Below are positions 13,184 through 25,637 of a stretch of DNA of 64,000 nucleotides, in pieces. The position numbers and the translations under genes are program-made. The notes below the pieces were generated by a model that worked only from the letters and a program-made list of their open reading frames with translations, was not told the DNA's origin and did not search any database. The first letter of the stretch is position 1. Every line of letters begins with the position of its first letter. The DNA comes from Lingula anatina (taxonomy: Eukaryota; Animalia; Brachiopoda): contig CM120641.1 in the NCBI GenBank assembly GCA_051362555.1, positions 20,584,001 to 20,648,000 on the forward strand. Reading direction: 5' to 3'.

Positions 13184-14487
13184 TTAAATCCGGAGAAACG
13201 GTTCCATCTGCATCACGTGACATCCTGACGTCAGTTCCAAGCCGAAGAGCAGCTGGTTACGAAGGGCTGAAACGCTGACTCTCCTATCTATCTGAAAAAT
13301 ATGAAAGAGAAATATTAAAGACATGCGATGATTGAAATGTGTTTTTATTGGTGTTGCGTGTTTCTTTGACAGTCTGAAAGATTTAAAATATCTTTACGGG
13401 ACTACTGGCACTGAAAAGAAATTTTCCGGGAAGAAAAGGAAAAGGCGTTAATGAAAAAACATTTTATCACATCCTTTTTTTTACTTCTTCAAAGTACAAA
13501 CAAGCTATATCTACAATTACACATTTTCTTTACCATAATCATAACTGGACTTTTACCATTCAATATAAAAATTACATTATTATACATTTTTAAATCAGTT
13601 AAAATATAGTTTATTCTTACCTTTTTCGTTGGATCAGTTCTCCTACGCTTGGTTCCACCACACACGGAGGTGACCTTGGCTCTTTTCCTGCTGTTCACTG
13701 TAGGCATACAGCTCTGTTTGTCTCTCTTGTTGTCCAGCGGCATCTCTTCTCGGTCTCCAGATGACCCTTGTGTTGACGGAGAAGCGATGGAACCCTCACC
13801 AGCGTTGATGTCATTGTTGTTACGGTCCACCCAGGGCTCAAGTGACGGGAAACAGTGTTGCATTAACATGAGGTCGAAGTCCTCGGACGAAACATGCCCG
13901 TCGCCACCCCACAGGTCTTGGGACGTATTAACGGGGCTGGGAGCTGGTGTGCCGCTGATTAGGTCAGTTGGGGACAACAGGCAGCTTTCAACGACGTCAA
14001 TTTCCCAAGAGAACGAGTCTGAAATATATTGAAAACGTAGGTCAGTTTTAGTGATCATGGTAGCAACCTAGTGTTGTAACTTGTTCGCTTTGAAAGTTAA
14101 AAACAAATCTGCAAAATGTAAATTCTATGCATATTTGCATTTCTCTAGAAATCGATAGAAGATAAATATTCTTGTACATTACACTTCTTACTGCAATATA
14201 TTTCCAATTAAATATAAACAAAAATCTGAATATAAAACGATGGTACTACAGTAATAATCACGAGCAAAACAAACGACTTATCTATTCTTTTTGCGTCACA
14301 GTAAATTAAGAAGGCTGCAAGATTACAACTTTGACACACCTAACACAGTAAAACAAGGCTCTACCGCGAAAGATTCGCAGAGAAATAACCTACCTAGCAT
14401 TGTGAAGACATCCTCGCCGTCGCAATCAATGGAGAGAGGCTGGGTCACAGGCAACAAGGCGTTCTGGGGTTCTACACTTCTGGCCAT
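13184..14487 (-). CDS. 3-exon orphan gene, 199 aa, acidic/Ser-rich with basic NLS-like clusters; exons 14487-14394, 14018-13621, 13291-13184
   Basis: AGAATGG start; GT/AG junctions with consistent phases (1, 0); 600 nt open frame; TATA box upstream; AATAAA (minus strand) near 12808-12813. No family recognised. Confidence 0.65.
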
Positions 14488-14595
14488 TCTTGTGTGGTGA
14501 AATAATCAAGGAAACTTGGAGCTGGGCTCGCTGCTGTGCTACTGTCTTCTAGCGTACTGCAAGGTGATGTGTGAGGATGGGGGTACATGCCTGTA

Positions 14596-14602
14596 TTTTA
14601 TA
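14596..14602 (-). promoter_or_regulatory. TATA box (TATAAAA) of the orphan gene
   Basis: GCTATAAAATAC on the minus strand about 110 nt upstream of the ATG, with no ATG in the presumed 5' UTR. Confidence 0.6.
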
Positions 14603-16656
14603 GCTCATCCCAGACCAGTTAAATCCATTGTCGCCAACCAGGACCAGTTGAATTAATTGTCTTCTTAACCTGGGTTCTCTAGGGTGATATAAACAACAGG
14701 TTTGTTTTCTATGGCTAGTACGGGAGGGTCGTAAACAGATGTTTATCTGGTCTTAAGCCGACCTGGTTAACTGGTGAATCGCCGGAGGAGGGGTGATGCT
14801 TATCTCTCCTTCTCGGGTCAGTTTAATTGCGGGGGTCTGTGATCAATGCTTGCGCGTTCATGCATGGGGTTAAGCAGTTAACTTAACACGGGCAAACACA
14901 AGACCGCAGTTACAATACAACGGAAATGGACAATTTAATTTGAATCTTTGACCGTGGGAACTTTCCTAAGAGCCTTTTTTCAAAACGTGTTTGATGAAAT
15001 TTCAATTAAAAAAAATCAAGGCTTTTAAAAACGAAGTTATTACTAAAAAAATATGAAGGTTTGTTTAGATTCAAAATCCGTTGTACATCGCCACTGAAAT
15101 TTTGCAGGCATTAGTCTCATCGCTTTCGAGAACAAATTACTTCAATAATTGTCAGTGCAATGTAGACGATTTCAACTGAATTACTATTTCCCATATTGTG
15201 AACTTACTTTTAATTTCAACATGCAATGAAAAAGTTACCTACTTACCCGTATTATATGGCCTAAGCCACAAATCTGTCAAATAAAACCTGTGAAATACGT
15301 TTATTTTTATTAAGATAATTATTAAGGGCAAAAGCATTCTCAAAGAAATAACTCATATAGAATAAACTAAAAAAATGCCCTGATCCTGTGCAAATGATCT
15401 TTATTTAGCAAATATACTCTCACGCCCTTCTGTTCTTTCAAAGCCTCCCCCCCTCTCCAGTCCCACCTCCCATAACAATCACGCACACATATTTGAATCG
15501 TAAAAAAGCTTTTCATTTACTTATCTCAATCATATGAAATGTCTTTTCGTGGTCTGTATATGTAAATCTCATGTAAATGTTCATCCACAGAAAGTTACGA
15601 AATGCAATAAACAAACAAAGGAGTACATAAACAGTTTAATTTACAGATTTTTTTAATCATCGTTAAGACGTTAAACCCCCCAAGGGATGAAGATGGCGAA
15701 CCTAGTGTCTCCGTTGCTATTTACTTAATTACAAAAGGTGTGAAATCGTTTTGACTGTATACTGCACTACGTATCTCCGACCGTGGGAAATGAATAATTT
15801 CTAATCTCTCACTAACATTATCTTAGAAAAAATTGTAAAAAAGCGAAGAAATAATTTAATGAAAGTGCAATAACATTGACCCGTGTTATACCAAATTAAA
15901 TGCAATGATATTTGAAGTGTAACAAAATGGTGTTAATCGAGTGCTCATTAGTGCTTGTGATGTGTGGCTTGTTATGTCATATTGCTATTTAAGTGTAGTA
16001 AATGTTAGAAGATTAATCAGAACAAAGTGTCTGTTAATGTAATTGAAGCTGCATTAAGTTCTCAATAAATTTAATTGATCTTTTGAATAAATAACCACAT
16101 CTTTTCTTGCTTATTTCTCGTAATCATATTCGTAACAGAGACAGCAATCACATCACTCAGATTAAATCAGTTTTGACGAATTTGTTGGCTTCATATTGAA
16201 ATATGTGAACTGCATTAGTTATAATTCAAAATGTATAATTTTTTGGGAAGAAAAAAAAAGAGAACTACATTGACAAGAGTAGCGTGTAAGGTACTGGTGT
16301 ATCAATATCAAAAAGTATCTTTTTATAGTACAGAGTTGTTGAAATAATCGCCAAATGTTAATATTATTTATTTATTTTTTTTTTTAACTGAAGAACCTGT
16401 TCTACTTTGATAAAACATGTAAACGTGTTTTTCTCTTTAGAACGTGATGCTTTTGTCCATAATTGTTAATGTCATCATGATTAAAATACCAACTTTTTTC
16501 AATTTCCATTTGAGAAAAAAAAACGAAGGCAAGATTAGGATGGTGACACTACTAAATGCACACTGCTATTCCTAGTCGCCTCCCTCCCCCTCTTCCACCC
16601 CGCCAAACACACGCTCACACCTGAGATAAGGGGTACCGTAATTAACAGACGGGCAG

Positions 16657-16679
16657 TGATTGACAGCTTGTCAACCAAT
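16657..16679. promoter_or_regulatory. TALE (PBX-PREP/MEIS) decamer TGATTGACAG next to a CCAAT box
   Basis: GTGATTGACAGCTTGTCAACCAAT; exact decamer match, inverted TGACA half-sites, CCAAT 8 nt after the decamer. Confidence 0.4.
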
Positions 16680-17444
16680 ATTAAGTCCACTGATCAAGGG
16701 GACGCTTCTCCATGCCCTCAGGCTACCCTGTATCACAGCCCTGCCCGTTAATAAGTGATAAGATCTAACACTTGGTCATCCGAGCAGTGGAATTCTTTTA
16801 ATAATCATAGGACAACGTTAAGTATGTTAATATGTTTATTCATTTTCCTACAAATCAAATACAGGGTGGCAGATATAGGCAAATTTCAAAAAGCCAGATA
16901 ATCAAATGACTGTCTGTTTATCTAAAGACAAATCTGTGAATATTTAGTGAAAAATCAATTTGTCGCCGTGGTAGAGGGACATTTTTCCCATATGCTGATC
17001 TGATATGCTCAGACCCGAAAGTTAATAAAATTTAATAAAATTTTGCTACTTCTAGCACAAAATGCATGTTCAGTTACATTAAGATTTGTTTTTTTTTAAT
17101 GTTACATAGTTTTCTAAACACTTACGTAAGTCCCCAACACCGGGCTTGTAACGCTTGGAGAATGAATTGTAGGGACAATATTTGACGGTGAACTTTCAAT
17201 ACATACGTCAGTGTAAAGAACTTAGAACATTCACTTTTGGAGACTGTGCTGTTATCACTGAGGATATATTAGATTTTTCGTTGTTGTCCTGTATCCCTTT
17301 GACATGATTGATTATATGTATATTATGATTGTATGTTAACAAGATAATTGAATTTTTATTTATAGAAAACTAAGATGATTTGTTTCTGGCGAAATGGGGA
17401 TAGAAAAGATGCTTATGTGTTTTGCCAAGGTCTGCCTCTATGCA

Positions 17445-17515
17445 AAAGAAAGAAAGAAATAAAGAAAGAAAGGAAAAGAAAGAAAGAAAGAAAGAAAAAG
17501 AAGAAAGAAAGAAAG
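17445..17515. repeat. (AAAG)n microsatellite
   Basis: Direct reading. Confidence 0.85.
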
Positions 17516-17881
17516 TATTATTTCCTTGCTCAAGATTTCACAGAAAAAACTTTTTTTCGGTTTTTTAAATTATCTTAATAACCAACACCCCTCTCCCCCC
17601 CCCCCCAAAAAAAAAAAAAAAAAAAAAAAAACTAATGATTTCAGTACTAGTAATGACGCACGAATTGAACGCTCCTCCCACATCCACTAACATTCGGTGC
17701 ATTTCTCCCTAATATGTACCCATTGTACAGGCACTTGACTATAGATTGTTTACATATTCTTTTTACATATCTATTTGGATTGTAGAGATTTGTAGAGATC
17801 CTCATACCAAAATGTAAGTCTGACATCAAAACTGCCACGTGCGTTTTTTTTAAATATTCAGTTACCACATATCTTTAAATT

Positions 17882-18828
17882 TCAAGCAGTAGTGCCTTGT
17901 GTATTTATAGCGGTTTTCTCTCCTTCAGGATTATGAGTCCTGTCAGCCTCCGCAGCTGAGGTGGTTTTAGAGAACTGCGGTTCGTTCTGTTCCGCCTGTC
18001 GCTCTTCACCCCGCTTCACATGCCTCATAGGTGGTTTGGTTTTACTTTCGGGGAGCAAGGACGTTCCACTGTTATTTAACTGTTTGGAGTCCGGTACCTT
18101 GTTCACTTGAACACACGCCACAACTGTGGCTATTAGCTGAAAAAACACTACGACGCAGAGACACCAATTACAAATCTGAAAATTAAAAAACATCAAAATT
18201 AAGTAAATAACTTTAGACTGCGTCACTGACGGGGGTCACGCAACACAAGGCTTTATTTCAATTCTGTGACATCTCTGTAGGTGTATATCAGTGATTGCTA
18301 TAACAAAAGAAACAAAAGGTGCAAATATTGAAAATACAAAAAAGTTCGTTTTTCGTGATCTACATTGTTTTTCTATCACATATGATAATATTATTTCAAA
18401 ACATTCGACATATAAAACATCATTACTCATCTAAAAAGTCAGTTTTGACGTCAAAAATAAGTTGTGACGTGAAACATCGAGTAGATTATTTAAAACGTCA
18501 ATATCGATACATCACATGGTCTAAACAGCAACGATTATATACGAATATTTACTTACAACTGATATGTGCATTGGTACAAATATAATTTTCTCCCTCTTTG
18601 GATCCGACTCTAACACCACAGAATGTTCATTACAGTGTGCCCAACTGCAAAGAAAAAAGCTATACTTTATACAATCTTCATGACGACAGTGTGATAAACT
18701 GTAAATGCGTATTATATGTATGTTTTCACGCTTGCGTGCGCGTGTAAAATGAAATGCTCTCGAGTGCGATATGGTATATAGGCACATTGTATAAAACAAG
18801 TGTTGTATGACGCGCGTGCGAGCGCGCG

Positions 18829-18863
<35 letters not shown>

Positions 18864-21800
18864 CTTTTTAACGAACAGATGTGTAAATTAGAAGCGCTTC
18901 GTGTGACGAAAAGCAAACACGTTGATGATGAAGAAAATACATAAAAGATAATTACACGTACGACTATTTACATGTAATTAAATCTGCACATGGCACTTTA
19001 TTCATTTTAGAGGAGGGGCTTAGATGTATAACTTTAAACAAGGCAGCAAAGCTGTCAAATGTACAGACAAAAAACAAAATAAAGATGCAAAATAGGTCAT
19101 TTTGTCAATTTTGATGCAATAGTAAATAATGCTTATAATAGCACTGTTAGTCAACACTGAATTTTAATCATGCACAACAGGTAACATGGTCAATAACAGG
19201 AGCGGACTCAGAGATATTTTCTGACAGTATTCCAAAGTATCTATGTTGATCCATCCTCCATTTTGATGGTCTTCCAACAGAAAAAAAATAGATATCGGTC
19301 AATATAAACTTAAAAACCTGACCGTCTTCCGGAAGACCCGGAAGATGGTCTCAATCCATCCCTTCAATAAGATTACAGTTTCAGGACCATAAGAGTTCAA
19401 ATTCACATGATGAAAGTCCCAATATTTGAAAAATGATGACAGTGCATAAAATAATATTACATAATGTTTAAAGACATAAAAACCAATACAACTGCTTATG
19501 TGGAAATACAGAAAATGTGCAGAGTCTCAGGCGACTTGGAGTGTTTGAGAAAATGCCAGTGTTTGAGAAAAAATTAATAAGGAAAACATAACATAACTAG
19601 AAAAGCACTCTGAGAGTGCAGACCTCTGCCAAGGCAGCAATTTTTTATTATTATTGATTATTGATAGATTATTGATCCGAACCACCACTAAAAACTAACC
19701 ATTGTCCTCCTCGACCCACTTCTGACAGTTCCTGAAAATTTCATCAAAATTGGTCCATAACTTTTTGAGTTATGTTGATGACATACAAACAGGGGTGAAA
19801 ACATAACCTCCTTGGCAGAGGTAATATAATTCCAATGAAGCTGCTATTCAAACTTTTAATCTTTGAGTTTGATATATATATATATTAAAAACTTATTTGC
19901 AATATTAAAAAAAAATTAACAGTATAATCATCACTGTTTCCTTATTATTAATCTAGCAGAGAGCTTAACCTTTGGGAGTTTACAGGGAATATATCAACAA
20001 GTGTGCTTTATGTAATCTCATTTAATGGCCTATTAATTAGGCAAATGACTTTATAACTCTAAAATTAACCTAGTGATACCCAAGGGAAATTTACAGACTG
20101 ACCCTCTCAAAGGTCTTCAGGCTCATAAGTCACACCTTAAGAAAAGCACAAAACAATAATGCACAAAATAGGAGACTACCAATTCTGATGCAATAATACA
20201 TTATGTTTAACTGCACAGTCAACATCAAATTTAAATTATGCACAACAGGTAACACCGATGAAAGTAAAAGCATAAGGCTTCACGCCCATCAGAGTTCAAG
20301 TTTATACTTTGAAAGTGCCAGAATGAGAAAAATGAAAATTTCACACAAAATTGCATAAATTCAATAATAAAAGAATTGACCAATTGACCTGGCTTTCTAA
20401 TTTGAACTGCATGCCAATCCTAAAAATCATATGATAAAAATAATAATAAGTAACACAGTTTTCTTTTCATAATGTTTGCAGTAGCAGTGCAAAAAGATTT
20501 TTGTCAATTTTGATGTAACATTACATAATAAATTATAGAATAATTATCACCAATTTTTGATTATTGACTATAAATAGCAAGGACATGTAGAAAAATTGAT
20601 TACCATTTGGCTTCATGTCCATGGGAGTTCTGAGTCCCACAATGAATATGCCAAAAAGATAATAATGAATATTTCACTAAAATGTATATCTTCCAGAAAA
20701 AGAAGCTAATTAGACTGCTTTTCCAACTCAGGCTGCATTTTAGTCCTGTGTTTCTTTTTTGAAAGTTTGACAGTCATAAGTAACATGGTTTTCCCATAAT
20801 GGTCATCATGGCAGCAACACCAAATTGTGTTTTCTTCTATTTTGATGCAACATTACATAATGTTTAACAGCATAATGACCATCAATTTTTAATAATAAAA
20901 TAATTGTATCATGGATATTCAGAAAATGTGACTAGCAAAGGTCTTCAGGACCATGGAACTTCAAAGTCACATCTTGAAAATGCCAAAATGTAAACAAGAC
21001 AGCACTTTTCTGAAATGGGTTTATTTCCATTTTTAACACTTTTTTTAACATAAAACAAAATTAACAGTTTACTGCCATTTTTATATGACCAACTAAGAAA
21101 ATTGATGAGATGTGAAAAATATCAATAGAACAGTGTTAAATGTCCAATTTTCTCCATTCTGAGATTCTGAACATAGTGGATGATTGAATCTGACAAACTG
21201 CAATGATATGTGTTTATTTCCATTTTTGACACTTCATTACACAATACACGATAACAAATTTACCATCATTTTTACATAATCAACTGACAATGTTGTAAAG
21301 ATGCAGGAAATGTCAAACAAACACTTTTACGTATCTTATTAGTTCAATAATGAGACTATTAACATTCTTATATTGTGTTATCAGTGTTGCATATATGCTG
21401 AAAAAAATGAAAAAACAGCTTAACTTCCATAAAAGTGGCTCTATCATGCTGATTTTTGAACTTGACTTGCGTATTATAAATACTCATCAGTTCTGTAAGT
21501 TTCAAACCAAAAGGTAAAACCGTTTTCCACTTATCGTGTTTACGGTGTTGCATATATGCTGAAAAAAGTGAAAAAAAAGCATAACTTCCCTAAAAATGAC
21601 CCGATCATGCTGATTTTCGAACTTGACCTGCGTATTATGAATATTCATCAGTTCTGTAACTTTCAAGCCAAAAGGTAAAACGGTTTTTCACTTATCGTGT
21701 TTACGGTTAAAGTGCACGGCGACGGCGACGGCGACAGCGACGAAAGCGTGAAAAAATGCGGTAAAGATTATGCAGGCAGTGAAAAGTTTGGCTGGAGGTA

Positions 21801-24800
21801 TGTAGGCCCGTAGCCAGGGGGGTTAAAGGGGGGGGGGTCGAAAGAACCCCCTTTTTTGCCGGATAAAGGTCCCCTCTGAGTAAAACGTTATCAAGACACA
21901 TGAAGGTTTCATATTAAAAGGTCCATGCACTTATTCAGAAAAAGACCCCCCCCCCCCTTTGAAATTGCTGGCTACGGGTTTGAGTATGTCAAACAGAAAA
22001 AGAAAACAATCATGTCATTATGTATTCCCCGGTTTATATAGAATAAAATGTCTTAAATGTCTCAATGTTCTCTCACCGTACCATTTCTAGCTATTTATTT
22101 TTAAAAACGTTTGAAACAGAAAAGAATAATTTCCGTCACAGCCACACAAATGTACTAGTAGGTATTAGACACTGTTGTAAAAAATCTAGCCATATTTTCA
22201 CTTCTGAAAAATATTGCTACAGCTGTGAGGGACAACTGTACAATGTTTTGTGCTCTCATTGTGTTTTCTTCAAATTTGAATGAAATTAAACATAATGTAG
22301 TTATTAGAATTATTTAAAAGATACAGTACAGTTCCCTCCAGGAAAATCTGTCATAAATAGATATTGCTTGGAGGGAATTTTAGATTTAAGCTGAAACAAG
22401 GCAGCACAAAGATTGTTTGCCATGTCCTGAGACAAACATCATTATATAGCGAAATACTGGAATCAGTCACTGGATGTGTATACTAACATGACTGACGAAT
22501 TATATAGCTAATGGGTCAGAGTCTAGGCAGGGTCATTATCAAACTCGAGAAAAGGGATACAGTGACGACCAAAGGGGCAATAATAGCCTGAAATTATGGT
22601 CAATATTGGGAGCGTCCAATTATCCATCTGGGAATAGACAACCGATAAACAGTTATCTGTCGCTCTATCATTTTCACCCTTTAAACTCTGTGTAACACCC
22701 CATTTCCATAGATTTTTAGATCGATCTATCACTGTGGGGAGTCTCACTAGATTACTGTCAGCTTGACCGGCTTAAGCGTCTGTCCCGCCTACTAAAAGCT
22801 GTAAGGGGGTAATTAACTATGGTGCCCGCTCGGCTGACTGCAATTTAACGTGAACCCCCAGGGAGTTAGGTCGATCTAAATCTTAATCTCTGGTAAAGCA
22901 CCCTAATGCCTATGACACGGAGAATATCGACAACTGTTGTCCGTTTCTGGCTCTAGCGTATCCAGAATTTCTAGATGAAATGAAGCATATCTTCCCCTGT
23001 TTTACACTGCTTGGCAAACTATTTTTGGAAATTTGCAACATTTTTTTGGCCTTAGAAAACGCTCCCCCTTTTTTTCTGCAAAGGCAAAGTTTGGAAAGGG
23101 GGCCTACCTCATATGTATAAGTATGACTTAAATCCATATATCACGCTGAAAGCAGCAAGCATGTAGAGAGGATAAAACAGAGAAAAAAGTAAAAGTGATC
23201 TTGACAAGATAACGAGAGAATCTCAGTCAGAGGTCCAAATTCATGTCTTATCTCAAGCAGAGGTTCCAAACCCAAGATGAAGCTTAACCGAGGAATCAAG
23301 ACCAATTTTTCTGTACAGAAACAAGACATCAAATAAACAGAGAGCATCAATATAAAGTAGTAGAGCCTTAGAGAATAGGAGAGGGCTTATTCAAACTTAA
23401 TCCATCATTTGAAAAGGGCTACAGTTGGCCTAGGCGCAATGAGTTTTTTTCACGAAGGACGAAGAATAAGAAGCCACATTCACGAGTCAGGGAAGGGGGT
23501 TCTTCACAGATCATGCTAAATAATGTGACGGGTGATATGAGCGTTTAACGCATCTTGGGAAATACATTTAAAAGGGGGCTTTAGGGGCTTTCGCGCGAAA
23601 ATACCTAAATGGGACTTTTTTTAATATTAGACAGTGTATGTACAAAGAAACACTATGAAAAGGCGAATCTTGTAGCAACTCTCTCTCTCTCTCTTTCAAC
23701 ACTCGCGCGCGTCTACTACTCACCCTAGTTCGGTCTGCAGTGTATTACACCAAGCACGGAATCCTACTTCTCTGACTACGGCCGCCGCCAGCGAGAACCC
23801 GAACAGACAAACCTCTAGGATCAGCATAGGAACGGTCAGACAAACCTTGTGGCTGGAGAAGAAGCATGAATGAATATATTCTTATTTTAAGAAGTCTAGA
23901 TAATTATGAACTTAGTTGAATATTGTGACGTCGGTAACTGTGAAGGTAATTTAAACTGAGAAAGACAAAGCAATCTGAATGCGGCGCTTATCTTTCTTTG
24001 TTTTGTTTTTCAGTCTTGCAGTGTCACCGATGAAATTGACACATTAACAGGAGAAAAAGCACTAGAGAGGTTGGATTTTAGGTCAAATTTGACGCATTCA
24101 TAAAATAAAAAATAAAATACAGACTGTTGGACAGTAGAATAATAACATCAGGGGCGGATCCAGAGCTATATACTGACAGTCTTCCAAATTATCTTTGTTG
24201 ATTCATCCTCCAATTTTGACCGTCTTCCAACATTAAAAATTGGATACCCGTCAATGTAAACTTGAAAATCTGACCGTCTTCTGGAAGACCCAGAAGACGG
24301 CCTAAATCCGCCCCTGAACATGTGTAATGTGATAAAATAATAATTTGAGATGGTTATTTACTTCTGTTTGTTGATTTTGTGGGACTGGTAAATCGATGTT
24401 CGATTGATGTCCTTAGAAATAATATTGTCAGCAACATTAACGGACAATCGATTGGAATTTACATTGGCCTCCTACATCCTTTAGTAGTAGGATACTTGTA
24501 ACACCAAAGATGCATTGATCAGATTTATATAGATTAAATACCAATTCTTAAATACTTTAAGATTGCAAGTCTAGCCGCCTTGGGAACACGCTCTTTTCAT
24601 ACATAAATCCTGATCTGAAAAAGGCTAGCATGAAACTGAACTTTCGTGTAAATCAATAAGGATAGACTCTTCAATTATTCTGGCTTTTTCCACAGTAGAG
24701 AAGAACAGATGTACAGCCAATCTGTAAATTAAATAGACGTAAAAAGACCTCAGGTAGTATTTTAGGTTTGTACTGCTCTCTACCTTGTACAAGATTATTT

Positions 24801-25637
24801 GTAAGTTTTAGGAAGCAGGTGCCTCGAGAACACGTTTTTAAATAGCATACGTAGCCGCTGCAGGTAATAAGACCTTTAGAAAGCGCAAGAACAGTGTACA
24901 AGATCATCAGCTCAGCGATGTACACCCCAGACCTCATGAATCATCTTTTTTTCTCTTACTGATGTTTTACGCTCCTTTTACCTAATGATGTCTATGCTTT
25001 TCCATCCGGTTAAGATGCCAGTTAAGAGAATTGGCCTTGATACTCATTAACGTATCGAGCCGCACCCCTACAAAATATTCATATAGATTATGCCATTATG
25101 TCCCTTAAAACATCCCCTTTCGAAACTGTACTTTCTCCAATATTCAATTAACCCTTGTACATCATGAAAAATCTTCAAATCACAGAAGAGGGTTGTTTTC
25201 CTAAGACAGATGGCAGCAGTGTAAGCAATAGTCACCCAACGGGCGGCAGGGCACTCCGCTCGTATTTTAAAGCAAAAGAAAAAATTAAAATAAAGAAGGG
25301 AGAGAAATAAGTGAAAGATGTAAAAGGAATAATCGACTCACCTGTTATAGTCACCACGCCTAAAGAAGACAAAAATGAACCAGCAGCTGATGACAGAAAC
25401 GATGATGTCGAAGATGATGGCGTATGTGCAGTATTCGCACCAACTCATGGATCCCCATTTTGTTTTTTCCAGTCCAACGATGGCCGACCCGTTAGCAGAG
25501 AGAAGTTCAGGTCTTGCAAATAAGATACAATTGTCTCCCAACTGACTGATGACTCTTCCGAACGGAATGACTGTAGCGAAACTTAGAGTGATAACCAGAA
25601 AACGTGAAAAAACACCCGCTATTGCGTGGAATTGCAT
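17882..25637 (-). CDS. TMEM179: TMEM179-family four-TM protein, 268 aa; exons 25637-25342, 23852-23724, 18644-18557, 18175-17882
   Basis: Exon 1 has F..VIP...GDNCILFA...WG....C.Y; exon 2 has VGFRAWCNTL (recalled human VGFTMWCDTI); exon 4 has the TM4 ICNWCLCVVVFFQLIATVV. All junctions GT/AG with matching phases (2, 2, 0); total 807 nt. Confidence 0.82.
18826..18861. repeat. (CG)/(CA)n microsatellite
   Basis: Direct reading. Confidence 0.85.
19197..19364. mobile_element. 168-bp MITE family, copy 1, nested in the large element
   Basis: Homologous to 24149-24316 and 61368-61533; flanked by the 6-bp direct repeat CAATAA. Confidence 0.75.
19596..19824. mobile_element. Short HINE (Helentron-associated) element
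   Basis: ACTAG end, hairpin GCACTC-TGA-GAGTGC, subterminal inverted repeats ACCTCTGCCAAGG / CCTTGGCAGAGGT, short ACAT/ACAA repeat; AA/TT flanks. Confidence 0.75.
21803..21982. mobile_element. MITE with about 15-bp TIRs
   Basis: TAGGCCCGTAGCCAG ... CTGGCTACGGGTTTG; near-perfect 6-bp TSD GGTATG/AGTATG. Confidence 0.72.
23724..23852 (-). CDS. TMEM179: TMEM179-like exon 2 (TM3), absent from the ORF track
   Basis: TTCTCCAG acceptor, GTGAGT donor, 129 nt, HKVCLTVPMLILEVCLFGFSLAAAVVREVGFRAWCNTLQTELG. Confidence 0.8.
24149..24316. mobile_element. 168-bp MITE family, copy 2 (best preserved)
   Basis: TIRs CAGGGGCGGAT ... ATCCGCCCCTG; AACAT on both flanks; internal hairpin CCGTCTTCTGG-AAGAC-CCAGAAGACGG. 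Confidence 0.82.

Larger units (their letters stand above)
19036..21790. mobile_element. Large HINE/Helentron-like non-autonomous element with internal degenerate tandem units, copy A
   Basis: Starts AAACAAG + small hairpin GGCAGCAAAGCTGTC, shared with 62505; 20690-21650 aligns with about 62725-64000; 165-bp tandem units at about 21370-21705; (CGGCGA)n microsatellite near the right end. Right boundary approximate. Confidence 0.6.

Noticed and set aside
13649-14032. 127-aa plus-strand ORF with signal-peptide-like start
   Set aside because: Non-ATG start and antisense to an exon that has proper splice sites, TATA box and poly(A) signal on the minus strand.
17882-18226. Secreted neuropeptide-like precursor (hydrophobic stretch plus KR site)
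   Set aside because: Better explained as TM4 and cytoplasmic tail of the TMEM179-like gene.
22523-23350. Several hydrophobic minus-strand frames in TMEM179 intron 2
   Set aside because: All hit stop codons before a usable donor; no recognisable family motif.
24671-24937. 88-aa hydrophobic ORF as TMEM179 exon 2
   Set aside because: No polypyrimidine acceptor and incompatible donor phase; 23852-23724 fits motif and phase much better.
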